Assembly (NCBI RefSeq): GCF_001194135.2
Contig: NC_068982.1
Location: forward strand, 38,033,933-38,097,932
Reading direction: 5' to 3'
Origin: Octopus bimaculoides
Taxonomy: Eukaryota
Length of the DNA stretch: 64,000 nucleotides
The notes under the pieces were generated by a model. The model saw nothing but the letters and a program-made list of their open reading frames with translations, had not been told where the DNA came from and ran no database searches. The translations under genes and the position numbers were made by a program. Shown here in pieces: positions 40,960-54,284 of this stretch. Each line of letters starts with the position of its first letter. The first letter of the stretch is position 1.

Positions 40960-41378
40960 CACAAAAACAAAGAATATGAGTGGAATGCCCATTTTATGAC
41001 ATCTACTAAGTGCAGATGTTAGACCTAATAGTTCTTCAAGAGAGAAAAAGGTAATTTGAATTTTTATCAAAATTAATTCTTCAGCAGATATAGATGCCAT
41101 GCCATATAACAGGTTTTAGTCAAAACTATATCTAATAAATAGATACTATAAAGAACCAAATTGATCTCAACAACAGTGAAAAAAAATTGAAAGTACCAAC
41201 TAGAGATTTCATTACTTTCGTGCGCTCAGGACACAGTGTGATGCGATTGTTGTTATCATTAGGCCTAACTCATCGTAAAGTAAATATCACCATGATTGAT
41301 ATCCAAACTACAGTGGAAAAGGCTAGCCACTGGATTTGGTTAAAAAGAGATGATAAGCGATGGCTAGAAGAATATTGA
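40960..41378 (+). mobile_element. Possible degenerate C-terminus of a REL-endonuclease non-LTR element (HERO/NeSL-like)
   Basis: ORF 41187-41378 ends LLLSLGL...TTVEKASHWIWLKRDDKRW, like the AAEKASRWLWIKR terminus recalled for HERO elements. Upstream VRPN...KKVI weakly resembles the RPD motif. Confidence 0.42.
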
Positions 41379-43116
41379 GCTTTATTTGATAACCAGTTGA
41401 TCCAGCAAGTGGGGCCTCATATTAGTGAGGCAGGGCCAGTATGCAATGATGCCGTCGAGAGGTAGGCCCTGAAATGGCACGCATTCTCTCCTGATGGTCC
41501 CATACACTTGCTGGCTTCTGGTATGCGGAACTTTTGACTGGTAGAACTTGCATGTGCAAGCTGTTTGAAAAATATCAATATCTTTGTGGACAGAAAAAGA
41601 GTGCTCATGACTTTGCTGGGATTTCATCAGTTACTGAATTGCTGTACAAACTGCTTCATAGCATTTCTTCTGGCTTTATGTCCTGAGTTCAAATTCTGCT
41701 GAGATTGACTTTGCCTTTCATCCTTTTGGGGTTGATAAAAACATGTACTGGTTGAGCACTGGGGAAGTGTAATTGATTAACTCCTTCCTATCAAAATTTA
41801 AGGCCTTGTGCTTAAGTTGAATGGATAGACCAATTTGAAGCTAGTTTGATTAATAAATTGCCAATACATAAGCAGTGTTACCAGTAGTTTCTTAGAGGAT
41901 ACAGATGTCACTGCTAAAATAAATTATTGGACATAAAATGAGGAATCTAAATATTCTATACCAAGATTATGGGCTAACATTTGTTTCCATGATTATTGAG
42001 ATGCTTGTATATGTAACTATGTTCCTCAGATAATTTTAAGAAGTTGAACTTTGTAACAGATAAATTTGCAAACTTCAAATCTCATTCAACTATGGGACTT
42101 TCAAAAGGTACAAAGACACTCAGTCTCTAATTTGCATAAAGTATTATCTAAGAAACAAAGAATTTGGTAATAAAAAGAAGAGAAAAGAAAGAAAATATAG
42201 ATTTGTTACATTTACCAAGGCCATACACTTCTAGAGTGTTGGGTGTTATAGTTCATTAAACTGATACCAAAACATGCTGGTTCTCATTTTGCAAGTCCCA
42301 GAGGATAAAAGATAAGCAATGACTCCAGTGGAATTTGAACTTAGAAGAAAGAAATTAAATATTATTATTGCTGAGCATTTAGCCCAGTACCATCATACTG
42401 TTTCCAACGAAGACAAATATTAAAAAAAACATGCATGCACACATACACATACACACACTCACACATTCACATGCATGCACATACACACAGACACATTTGT
42501 TCACAAACACACACATTTATGTGTACATATGATCATAGTTTTTTTTTTCCAGAAGGGTTGCGGTGGGGTTGTCATTATGATAAAAAGAGCTCCTGCACTG
42601 TGTCACATCTTTCTGCCTAACCTATTACCACCCATTCACTGCTGCTAACACTTGAAATCCATATCAAGCAAATGAATCTCATATTTCTAGTGTAACTTTG
42701 TTGACACTATGGTACAAAACAATTAAACAATTACATTTTAGTGAAAACAGCAATGTTGAGAAAACAAAGAATATCAGGAAGTAACTTCTTATTCTAACTG
42801 GTTGATAGCTTTATGTTTCATATTTTATTGGGCTTTATCCTCTTATTTTACTCATTTATGTTTCTTCTGTTTATGACACACACCCTTTTGAAAGAAAAAA
42901 AATATCAAAACTGGGGTTCCCTAAAACAATTAAACAAAGATTTGTTGTGGATATTGTTACTGTTGCTATTGCTGTGCAGTCCCAGGTTTGTGTGGTTCAA
43001 ACAGATCTTTGACATATTTGTACAATTTAGAGATCTAGTACTTCAGATATACAATGTCTCTATGAAACTAAAGACTGAATTGTGTACTTCAACACATAGT
43101 TTACATTATGAGATTC

Positions 43117-43332
43117 AGGCACTGAGCTGGCAGAATCATTAGCATGCAGGGTGAAATGCTTAGCGGCATTTTGTCTGTTTTCATGTTCTGAGTTCAAATG
43201 TCACTGGAGTCGACTTTGCCCTTCATCCTTTCAGGATCAATAAAACCTATACCATTTGAGTACTGGGGTCAATGTAATCGACTATCCCCCTCCCCAAAAT
43301 TTCAGGCCTTGTGCCTATAGTAGAAAGGATTA
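43117..43332 (+). mobile_element. SINE family B copy
   Basis: Same head and core as 51608-51846. Confidence 0.82.
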
Positions 43333-43397
43333 TGGGATTCAGAGAGGTTGTTTGAGTTTGATGCCTTTTTCTCTCAATTATTCAGTCTGTTTTTATA

Positions 43398-44460
43398 TAT
43401 TAGGTTGGAAAGAAAGTCCTATCACATTTAAAGATGGGAAAGAAACAAATGTTTCTTTGATCTTAATTGATATATATAGTCAAGATAATATTTTCCTTCA
43501 TTATTGATAACATAATCCCATCTATTTGGCAAATTGTTGATCTCTTAGTCATAAAATTCTTCAGGTTTTGAAGCAAAGAAACACTCTCCCTCCCTAAATA
43601 CTATTGAAATATCTGAAAAGATAATAGTCAGATGGAGCAAGGTCAGGAGAGTAAGGAGGATGAGGCAAAATTTCCATATTTAGTGTCATAATCTTTTCAT
43701 TGCTGACTTGGACAGTATGTGGCCTTGCATTGTGATTGAGCAATGATGAACACTTTTTCTACAAATTTTTGTACAATGCTTCCAGTTAATAATATTACTT
43801 TGCTGTATTAACTGTTTCATTTTGGTGTAACACTTCATGATAGATAACATCTTTTATAACCCCCAATGCATAACTTTTTTTGAGTGTAGTCCTGGTTTGG
43901 TGGGCTGGATTCTCTGTTTTCATTGGGTGCTCATTATCATTGTTTGAATTGGCTATAATTATAGAGAATTCACTTTTTACTGCTTATGATGATTCAACCC
44001 ATGAAATGTTTGGTAGAAAGTCTACTCTTTAATGATGAGCTGAGAGCAACTCTTTGAATAAGCTGAGAAGCAGTCAGATGAGGAGGGACCTACTGACCAA
44101 GTTAAGACACTTTCCTGGTTCATGAAGGTGCTTTATGATTGAAATATAACTTCAGTTGAGCTATTTTGTTCCTTTGTGCACAGTTTTCAGAGGGCCAAGA
44201 TTGACAAAACTTGGTCATTCAGATTGAGGGCAATCTGCAAGAGAAAAATTTCCTTAGTGAAACTGACCAAACTATTGTTAGCATGTCTGGACATTATAAT
44301 TTCATTTTCATAGACAGAATGGATATTTCTTGCCACTTTCATTGCTGAAGAGCCCTCTTTAAAGTCATACTGTATGCATTGTCTGATATGGGTTTGATCT
44401 CAACTCATTTTAAAAGGGTAAAAGCAATATGAATGTGTTGCCATAAAGGAGATTATTTTT
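43398..44460 (-). mobile_element. Old mariner relic
   Basis: TIR-like tattaggttgg at 43398; minus-strand ILPHPPYSPDLAPSDYYLFR near 43610-43670; the rest is heavily decayed. Confidence 0.72.
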
Positions 44461-44669
44461 AGTTTCATGAGAGTGTTGAAGGTGCTTTTAGGCTGTTAGT
44501 GTTGTGTTGGTGTCTTTTTCACTCTTTATGTCTTAGATGTACAACGTACATTGGCTCCTCTGGTTGGTACTGGGACAAGTAATAATCTGAGGGAACTAGA
44601 TCTGGACTATATACTGGCTATTGCATCAGTTTGATTCCCTCAAGTTCCTGGAGTTTATTCTGGGTCATT

Positions 44670-45190
44670 CAATGGCATGAGGTCTTGCATTGTCTTGTTA
44701 CAGAAGAGCTCACTTTCAACCAATGTTGGGTATTTTTTCCAAACAATGGCATACATCCATGAGATGTTGAGTGCACCTGATGCTTCTTGCTGGATTTGCC
44801 TTTATGGTTTGGAGCAAGGCTTTGGAATCCACAGTTTTAGGCCTACTGACCTTGCCTGATTGTCAAGGTTCTTGGAACCCCCAAAATGCACTGTGAGTCA
44901 ACTGTGCATTCACCTTTTGCACAACAAACTTTCTGGTTGCTTCTTCAACATTATGGCCGAGTTCGATTTCATAAAGCATAAGTTCTCAAATTAGACTATC
45001 TTGCATGTTCATCTGTGCAGGCTTCAAATGACATATAGAATGAAGCACTGCACAATGTGTCAGCACACCAAATACCATGATACTACCAGCCTCAGCGGGT
45101 GTCATCCACAGCTTGAACTGCTTCAGTCATGTGTTATACACACCACAAACTAGCAGTGTTGCAAAACTTTTGACTTGCCTCAGTAGTACA
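44670..45190. mobile_element. Possible Tc1-like non-autonomous relic
   Basis: Ends with cagtgttgcaaaacttttgac...cagtagta, resembling Tc1 termini; no intact coding motif found. Confidence 0.35.
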
Positions 45191-46074
45191 ATTTTGATTG
45201 TGTTGTCATCTTCATCTGATAAACAATTATTTTTTCATTTACTGGAGGAGGGAACTTATGTCAATATATGGTTGAGAAAAAAAAATGACTAGGTCTCCTT
45301 GAAAAAGCAGCGTGGTAAAATGTGAAAGTAACTTCAAGTTGATAGATTTTCTCAGTATGAGCTAAATAGTGATTGTTATATTTAGAATTGTTTTATCTCT
45401 TGTCACAGTCAAATTATTTCTTATTTTCTTTTCAAAGTTTGTTAAAACTTCATGATTCTTTTTCAATGGTATGGGAAGAGAAAGAGAACACTTTTCTCTC
45501 CCACACTCCAGCCATGTCAGTTTCACCCTAACATCTTTGCTGTTTGATTTCTTTTGAGATAATCATACCATAAAGATAAGTATAGAATTTTCCCATGTCT
45601 TACATGTTGTCATTTCTTTTTCACTAAGTCTAAGATAAACTGTTTCTTTGTTTTTTTTTTTTTCTTGAATATAGGCCACTTTGATGCCTTTAGTTTCTTG
45701 TCACTTTTTGCTTAGATTTGTAGAAGGCAGCTGAGTATCATTCAGAAATTATTTGGGTATGATATGCTGTTTAGTAAGTAATCTAGTCAACTAAAGAAAC
45801 TGAAAAGACAGAATTGTTATTCTTATAATGTGTCAGATTAATCTCATTCTCTTCACGCACCCTTGCTGTCTCTTTCACTTTTTATAGCTCTTAGACTCAC
45901 ATATACATGCAAGTGCACCACATCATTACAATCCAAAATATTTATGAATAATGATGATAACTTGATAATGGTCATAATGATGATGATAATGACAATGATG
46001 ACAATGATGATGATGATGATGATGACGGTGTCAATGACAATGGTGGTGGTGGGGGTACTGGTAACGAGGATACT

Positions 46075-46264
46075 TTTTTACTCTTTACAGTCATCTGATT
46101 GTGGACATGCTGGAGCACCACCTCAAAGGGTTTCAGTTGAAGACATCAACCCCAGGACTTATTCTTTGTAAGCCTAGTACTTATTGTATAAGTCTCTTTT
46201 GCCAAACCACAAAGTTATGGGGACATAAACACACCAACATCAGTTGTCAAGCAATGGTAGGGGA

Positions 46265-46316
<52 letters not shown>

Positions 46317-46452
46317 CAGCAGGCTTCTTTCAGTTTCTGTCTACCAAATCCACTCACAAGGCTTTGGTCGGCCCAAGGCTATAGTAGAAGACACTCACCC
46401 AAGGCACCAGGCAGTGGGACTGAAACCTGAACCATGTAGTTGGGAAGCAAGC
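46075..46452 (-). mobile_element. SINE family A, full copy
   Basis: Colinear with 36771-37196; ends 180 nt upstream of the 46633 exon. Confidence 0.85.
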
Positions 46453-46632
46453 TTCTTACCATGCAGCCATGCAATAATGACAATGATAGGGATAGTGGTG
46501 TTGGTTGTGGAAAGAAAACCAAGATGTAAAGTAGCATGGTAGAGGCTGTGTGTGGAGGGATCATTATGGTATGTGTAATACTATATTTGGAAACACTAAC
46601 TGGTTATTTTGGTTTTTCTTTCTGTTTAAAAG

Positions 46633-46823
46633 GTCACTCAGCTACATTTGAAGATTATAATGTGGATGTGCCATCTTCTGATTCACTTATGTCCAGATCG
46701 TGAGAGTTCTTCAAAAGAGACCCTGGAAGTCCTTTACTCCACTTATCCTTCACCTAAAGAGGTTATGCAAGAAGGGATTTCGATTTTTCCTGTTGTAGAA
46801 ACTCTGACTGAAAAGATTGCACG
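46633..46823 (+). CDS. AXDND1: AXDND1-like internal coding exon (VTQLHLKIIMWMCHLLIHLCPD...TEKIAR)
   Basis: Acceptor ttttcttctgtttaaaag, donor gtaact; 191 nt, phase 0 to 2. Resembles recalled MDELHISMIQWMVNLLILMIP. Confidence 0.82.
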
Positions 46824-46995
46824 GTAACTTTTTGCTTCATATAAGTTAATTGTTACTTGAAAAAATATTCACTCCTACATAAGTGCTTAAGTAGATTTTT
46901 CACTGCATACACACTAACATACATTGATATATATATTCTATTATATTAGAGTGAAAACTAAAACCAAGGCATATATATATATATATATGTATATA

Positions 46996-47877
46996 CAGGG
47001 TGTAGTGAATAAACTGTCGTTTAAATTATGTAAAAATGAAAATAACTCTGACATCCCATTTTAACTCATATATTTACCAAAATTGCATAAAAATATCTTG
47101 AAATACTAAAGAGTAAATTTATTCAATAAAATCGCCATTGGCTTCAATCACAGCCTCCAAATGACTCTGGAATCTCCTGCAACTCTTCTGGGTGGTCTCC
47201 TTGGTTAAGTTGGTGAATGCTGCCATAATCCTTGCCTTCAGTTCATCTTTGGTGTTACAAATAGTTTTGTTGGTCTCTTGCTCAACTGCTTTCCACATAT
47301 AGTAATTAAGTGGGTTACAGTCTGGGGAGTTAGGTGGCCAGATGTTAGGGGTGTTGTGGTTGCAGAAATTATCTGACAGCCATGACTGGGTTCTCCTGCT
47401 TGTATGGCACGGTGCAGAGTCCTGTTGCCAGACACAGGATCTTCCAACAGCCACCTTCTTGATGCAGGATAGCTCTAGCTCCTCTAGGCACTTGATGTAG
47501 GCCTCCGTGTTGAGTCGAGGCTGTGTGGGAAGATGGATAGAGGCATAACATCACCATCACTAGTGATCACTCCAAATGCCATGATTTCGACTGGATGTTT
47601 GATTTTTATCACTCTCGGAACATGTCCTCAGATTGCAGTGTCCCCAGATTGATACCCCAAACACTCTGAGATGTTTGTATTAGAGCTTCAGTTGCAAATA
47701 CCAAGCAGCACAGCATCTTGTTTCCAAATTTCTGGCAGAGTGAATTGTATCATGGTGCTGTTTTTCTCACAGATGGTGCCCACCTGACCCTACTATAGTC
47801 AAGAAAAATCAAAAATAAACAATGTGAATGTGTGAAATTAAAAATATAAAATGGTGACAATTTACCCATCGCAGTCT

Positions 47878-47878
<1 letters not shown>
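46996..47878 (-). mobile_element. maT-type (DD37D) Tc1/mariner element, internally deleted
   Basis: TA-flanked CAG...CTG ends with imperfect TIRs. ORF 47454-47119 reads WQQDSAPCH...WPPNSPDCNPLN(D)YYMW, with 37 residues between the second and third catalytic positions. Confidence 0.85.
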
Positions 47879-47909
<31 letters not shown>

Positions 47910-48595
47910 TCAAACATATCTGCTTATTCATATTTCTTATGTTTCTATAAACTGCTGGATAATGTGTGTGCATGTTATATATGTATATATTATATGTGTG
48001 TATTATATCATTACGTGCATGTGAGTAGATTAGTGTTGATGGGTGAATGGAATGGGGTAACATTTGTGAGCGTGTGTGTTCTACATTGCTTTTGCTTATT
48101 TGTTACAGTTTGTGTAAATTTACACCCAATATGAAAAGGAAATTAATTCATAAAACTCTTTATAAAAACTAATTTAATTAAAACTATTGGGAATTGTAGA
48201 GCAGTAAATCAGTCTAAAATATTGGAAAGAATGGTAGAACTAATGTGTTTGTTTTCACTTTGAATGGTTGATTAATATGGCATTTTATTAGTTGACTAGT
48301 TTTTCCTGTTTTCTTATTTCTTTTTCTTTTCTTTTATTTTACATGTGATATGCTTACAAGGAATAAATATATCTGAAGTGTGGGCATAGGCGTGGGTGTG
48401 TAGTTGAGAAGTTCACTTTGTAACCATGCAGCCCAGGTTCAGTTTCACTGTATGGCCCCATAGCTTTTTGTCACAGCTCTGGGTTAATCATTCTTTCTGA
48501 GTCAAATTTAGTGGAGAGAAATGTCTCAGATGCTTGTTGCATTTGCATGTATATGTGTGTATGTGTTTATATGTGTGTGTATGTGTTTCTGTGTG

Positions 48596-48643
<48 letters not shown>

Positions 48644-48672
48644 TCTATCTCTCTATCTATCTATCTATCTAT

Positions 48673-49260
48673 CTTTTGGTGTTACCAGGAGTTTTGTTGT
48701 TCTCTTGCTCAACTGTGCTCCACACATAATAATCAATGGGGTTGTAGTCTGGGGAGTTAGGTGGCCAGATGTTGGGGGTGACATGGTCACAGAAATTGTT
48801 GACAGCCATGACTGGGTTCTCTTGCTTATATGGCATGGTGCAGAGTCCTGTTGCCAGACATAGGATCTTCCAGCAGTCACCCTCTTGACACAGGGTAGCA
48901 CTAGCTCCTCCAAGCACTTAGTGTAGGCCTCCATGTTGAGTCTGAGATCATGTGAGAAGATGAATGGAGGCATAACATCGCCATCACTAGTGATCACTCT
49001 AAACCATATGATTTTGACTGGATGTTTGATTTTTATCACTCTCAGTACATGTCCTCAGATTGCACTGTCCTTGGATCAACACTCAGACACTCTGAAATAT
49101 TTGTATTAGAGCTTCTGTTGCAAATACCAAGCAGTACAGAATATCGTTTTCAAATTTCTGGCAGAGTGAATTGTGTCATGGTGCTGCTTTTCTCACAGTA
49201 TCCAACTGACCCTATTATACTGACCCTATTATACTGTGTGTATTTATTGAGCGAAAACAC
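48673..49260 (-). mobile_element. Second maT-type copy, truncated
   Basis: WQQDSAPCH, then WPPNSPDYNPIDYYVW after a frameshift; colinear with 47250-47800. Confidence 0.83.
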
Positions 49261-49489
49261 CTAAAGCTCCATGAAGCTCCAGCAGGGGGTGGTAGTGACC
49301 CCTGTTGTACTCTTTCGCACCAACCTTCTCTCACTCTTTCTTCTTGTTTCTTGAGTAATGCTGCAATCGACTGGCGTCCCGTCCAGCTGGGGGGAACACA
49401 TACACCATAGAATCCGGGAAACCAGGCGCATGAGCCTGGTTAGACTTTAAAAGGGTGCATAAATAAAAAATAATATATATATATACATT

Positions 49490-49528
<39 letters not shown>

Positions 49529-50266
49529 ATGTTGTGCGTCTGGGCATGTATGTGCATTACTGTCCTCTTGCTTTGATTTTATGTGATAGCTGTAAACAAG
49601 TACAACTGTGATGTAAGTAGTGGCCTTCATTTCCAGTCTTCTATGAAAATATGTCTGGTAATGGGGTAAATTACCTTACCTGGAAAGAGGTGAGGGTTGG
49701 NNNNNNNNNNNNNNNNNNNNNNNNNNNNNNNNNNNNNNNNNNNNNNNNNNNNNNNNNNNNNNNNNNNNNNNNNNNNNNNNNNNNNNNNNNNNNNNNNNNN
49801 NNNNNNNNNNNNNNNNNNNNNNNNNNNNNNNNNNNNNNNNNNNNNNNNNNNNNNNNNNNNNNNNNNNNNNNNNNNNNNNNNNNNNNNNNNNNNNNNNNNN
49901 NNNNNNNNNNNNNNNNNNNNNNNNNNNNNNNNNNNNNNNNNNNNNNNNNNNNNNNNNNNNNNNNNNNNNNNNNNNNNNNNNNNNNNNNNNNNNNNNNNNN
50001 NNNNNNNNNNNNNNNNNNNNNNNNNNNNNNNNNNNNNNNNNNNNNNNNNNNNNNNNNNNNNNNNNNNNNNNNNNNNNNNNNNNNNNNNNNNNNNNNNNNN
50101 NNNNNNNNNNNNNNNNNNNNNNNNNNNNNNNNNNNNNNNNNNNNNNNNNNNNNNNNNNNNNNNNNNNNNNNNNNNNNNNNNNNNNNNNNNNNNNNNNNNN
50201 NNNNNNNNNNNNNNNNNNNNNNNNNNNNNNNNNNNNNNNNNNNNNNNNNNNNNNNNNNNNNNNNNN

Positions 50267-50317
<51 letters not shown>

Positions 50318-51349
50318 ATATATTTATGTGTGCAGTTTTGTGTCTGCATTTGTCCTCCCCACCATCGCTTGGCAACCAATGTTAGTGTGTTTACATCCCC
50401 ATAACTTAGCAGTTCAGCAAAAAGAGACTGATAGAATAAGTACTAGGCTTACAAAAAATAAGTCCTGGGGTTGATTTCTTCGACTAAAAATCCCTTTAAG
50501 GCAATGCTCCAGCATGACTGCAGTCAAATGACTGAACAAGTAAAAGACTAAAAGAATCAAGATCTTGTGCACCTGAAATCTGATCTTCTGTTTGAGATGA
50601 CCAAACTTTATACACTTTACTATGAATGATGGATGTGAGGGAGAATGTCATAACTTAGTGATAGAGTTCAAAGTCAATCAGTGCTTAGCAGCTTCACTCT
50701 GTATATTTGAGCTCTGTCACCATAGAAACAGTCCTATACTTTTTGATCAGACCTTGTATATATATGGCAAAATGGCTATCAAATTTCTGAGATTGGTTGG
50801 CTTTTATCTTAATACCCTCCCATTATATATAATTTTCAAGAAACTTTTGCTTGAAATATTTCTTCCCGTATATGGTGCACAGATGTTCTGGAATTTTTTT
50901 TTTTTCTTTTGCAAATCCTTGAAGGATGTTAAGCCTGTAACACCGTGAAACAAATATGATGGCAAAAACATCTACAGGACTGGACAAATAGAGTAGGCAC
51001 TTATCAAGATTTCATATTTCAAAATGTCAAGATGGCCATCTACAGAGCCATTTAATTTTCTCCAACTCTATTTGTTTTTACACCAGCTTTATAGAGATGA
51101 AGCTTCAAAATAAAATATTGTATATCCTAAGGAATCTTCTTGACTAAAAGTTGATGGATACAAAGTTGTATATCTGAGAGTGAATGTGTGTTCTAAACCA
51201 TTTTCTTTAGTAAAGTAGGATCTGTTTATTTTCCAAGTAAACATGTTCATGATGGATGACAAGATGTTGTCAATTGGAAATTTAAAAATGCATCAGCATG
51301 CTTCATTACAGTTAATACCTTCACTACTAATAGGAACTCTTCATCTTTT

Positions 51350-51985
51350 ATTTTTCCTTCTACTTGTTTCAGTAATTTATAATTGCGGCCATGCTGGAGT
51401 ACTACCTTGAAGGGTTTTAGTGAAACAAATCAACCCCAGGACTTATTTTTTAAAGCTTGATACTTATTCCATCAGTCTCTTTTGCTGAACTGGGGATGTA
51501 AACACTCCAACACTGGTTGTCAAGCAGTAGTGGGGGAGACACACTGTCACAAAGACACACACACATAGATAAATACATATATATATGATGAGCTTCTTTC
51601 AGTTTCTTATTTCTTTATTGCCTGCCCACAAGGGACTGAACATAGAGGTAACAAACAAGGACAGACAAAGGGAGTAAGTCGATTACATTGACCCCAGTGC
51701 ATAACTGGTACTTAATTTATTGACCCCGAAAGGATGAAAGGCAAAGTCGACCTCGGCAGAATCTGAACTCAGGACGTAACGGCAGACGAAATACTGCTAA
51801 GCATTTCGTCCAGCATGCTAACGTTTCTGCCAGCTCACCGTCTTAACTTTCAGTTTCTGTCTACCAAATCCACTCACAAGGCTTTGGTCGGCCCAAGGTT
51901 ACAGTAGAAGACACTTGCCCAAAGTGTCAAATAGTGGGACTGAACCTGAGACCATGCGGTTGAGAAGCAAACTTCTAACCACACA
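51350..51985 (-). mobile_element. SINE family A copy interrupted by a family B SINE
   Basis: Family A sequence resumes after the duplicated target ctttcagtttct. Confidence 0.82.
51608..51846 (-). mobile_element. tRNA-headed SINE family B, young copy with 12-bp TSD
   Basis: Minus-strand head GGTGAGCTGGCAGAAACGTTAGC...GAGTTCAGATTC and core GCCTTTCATCCTTTCGGGGTCAATAAATTAAGTACCAG. TSD ctttcagtttct at 51596-51607 and 51847-51858. Other copies at about 14500-14620, 21060-21205, 27395-27600, 32580-32710 and 41650-41815. Confidence 0.88.
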
Positions 51986-53018
51986 AGTTGTTTGCTGATA
52001 TACTTGAACAAAATATTTGATTGAGTTGACTGAGTGACAGAACTTAATATTAATCTGTGCATTAAGCCATTTGATAACTGTAAGCAGAAATACATGTCAA
52101 TGTCAACGTTCTTACCATTTATTTTTATCATGGATATAAATAGAAGAGCAACGTCACACATAAGCCACTCTATGTAAGCTTCCGCACACACATGCACACA
52201 CGCACACACACATGCATGCAAGCACGCACATATGCACGCACACACACACACACACACACACAAAGAGTCAGAGCAAGCGCAAGGGAATAGCAACGTCAAC
52301 TACACCTCAGTGCTGATGTTGGTGTGTTTATATCCCACCAAGTTCAGTAAAAGAGACTGATAGAATAAGTATCAGACTTTAAAAACTAAGTCCTGGGGTT
52401 GATTTGTTCAACTAAAACCCTTGATGGTGGTGCCCCAGCATGACCACAAATAAAAAAAGATGATTGAAACAAGTAAAAGAAAAGATCTTCTTTCCTGTTA
52501 AAATTCACATCTTTGAATTTATTTTATCAGTTTCTTAAGATTCTTTCTGAAGTGTTTTATTATTTCTCATCCAAGGTACTGTTAGATCTAACATGCTCTG
52601 AAAACTCAGCTGATATAATTGTCTATTTGATTGAAGGGTATTTTCATGGTTATCCTGAAGAGAACATTGCAAAAGAAGATCTCTTTTGTTTGCAATTCAT
52701 AGACCTTTGTTTACTTTTCCTCAGTAGACTATTGTCTAGTCATGGACTGTTTGACAACATCAGCACTGAGACATAGTTGATATTGCTGTTCAGTTCCCTT
52801 GTGCCAGCTTTTTATGTGATTTGCGTGTGACATTGCTTTTCTATTTCTTGCTATTTGCTCCTTGTGAGCCTGGAAGCATCAACATTAAAAAAGGACTGGA
52901 CTGATGTTCACATATTGTTTTTCTATTTCTGTTTTCTAACTTGATAGCTTTGGGAGAGATTCTTCCTATGTTTTTTCAAGTACCAACTTAAATATTTGTT
53001 TTACTAACTTTTGAGCTA

Positions 53019-54284
53019 ACTGGGTTGAGTAAAAACATAAGCAACGTTTTGAACCATGAAGAATTTGTACCAGATTTTTATATAGTTTTGAATTTTTTAA
53101 AACATTTTTTTTGCAATTGTCTGATAATACAGACATAGACTTGCCCAAATGCATCAATAAATTAACATTGATATATTTTTCACTGTTGTTACAATCACAA
53201 TGGAACTATGATATTTGAGCAATGTTGCTATTCAACTTCAAGAAAGGATGTAAAGCAGCTGAAACTGCTTGCAATATCAACGAAACATTTGGTGAGGAAA
53301 TGACCAGTGAGTGATCAGCTCGAAAGTGGTTTAAACGATTTCTCAGTGGAGACCTGAGCCTTGAAGATCATGAGCATAGTGGACGCCCATCTGTCATCAA
53401 AGACAGTCATTTAAAAACTGTCATTGAAAAAGATCCACATAAAACCACCCAAGAACTGACAAAAGAACTTCAAGTTAGCCAGAAAACTGCCAGCAACCAT
53501 TTGCATGCAATCAGAAAAGCTTGACAAATGGGTACTACACGATTTGAATGAAAATCAGAAAATGTACAAATATGAAATTTGCTTATTGCTTCTTCTTCAT
53601 AAACAGACTGATCCATTTCTCAACTGTATTGTAACTTGCCACGAAAAGTAGATTCTGTATCAAATGAAAAATGTTCTTACAGTGGTTAGACTAAAATGAA
53701 GCCCCGAAAACCTTCCCTAGACCTGAGCTCTTCAAAAAGATGGTTATGGTGACTGTTTGGTAGTGTATTGCTGGACTCATCAACTATAGCTTCTTAAAAC
53801 TCAGAAAAACCATTACTGCAGAAAATATTGCCTTGAAATTGCCAAAATGAATGAAAAACTGCTACTCCTCCATCCCAGACTGGTCAACAGCAGAGGGCCA
53901 GTTATTCTTCATGACAATGCTCGACCACATGTTTCCTTAATGACGCTCCAGAAGTTGAGGGAACTTGGCTATGAAGTTCTTCCTTACCCAACTTATTCCC
54001 CAGATCTTTCTCATACCAACTACCACTTTTCCAAACACCTTGATGGTTTCCTGCGAAAGAAGGAGTTAAAAAATCAAACCGATGCTGAAAGTGTGATCAA
54101 AGAGTTCATCAGCTCCAGAACTCCAGATTTTTATGTTACCGGAATAAACAAACTTGTAACTCATAGGCAAAAATGTGTTGATTGTAATGGTAATTACTTT
54201 GATGAATGAAATTTCTGCGTTGTTGAAATATATTGTGATGAATTTCCTGTTTCAAAACGTTGCTCACTTTTTACTCAGCCTGAT
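53019..54284 (+). mobile_element. Near full-length mariner (cecropia/Hsmar1-like), decayed
   Basis: Imperfect TIRs (actgggttgagtaaaaa..agcaacgttttgaa / ttcaaaacgttgctcactttttactcagcctgat). N-terminal FNFKKGCKAAETACNINETFG...HSGRPS; ORF 53847-54209 contains HDNARPH and YSPDLSHTNYHF. Confidence 0.88.

Noticed and set aside
52513-52776. 87-aa plus-strand ORF
   Set aside because: No splice context fitting the gene, no recognisable motif, AT-rich.
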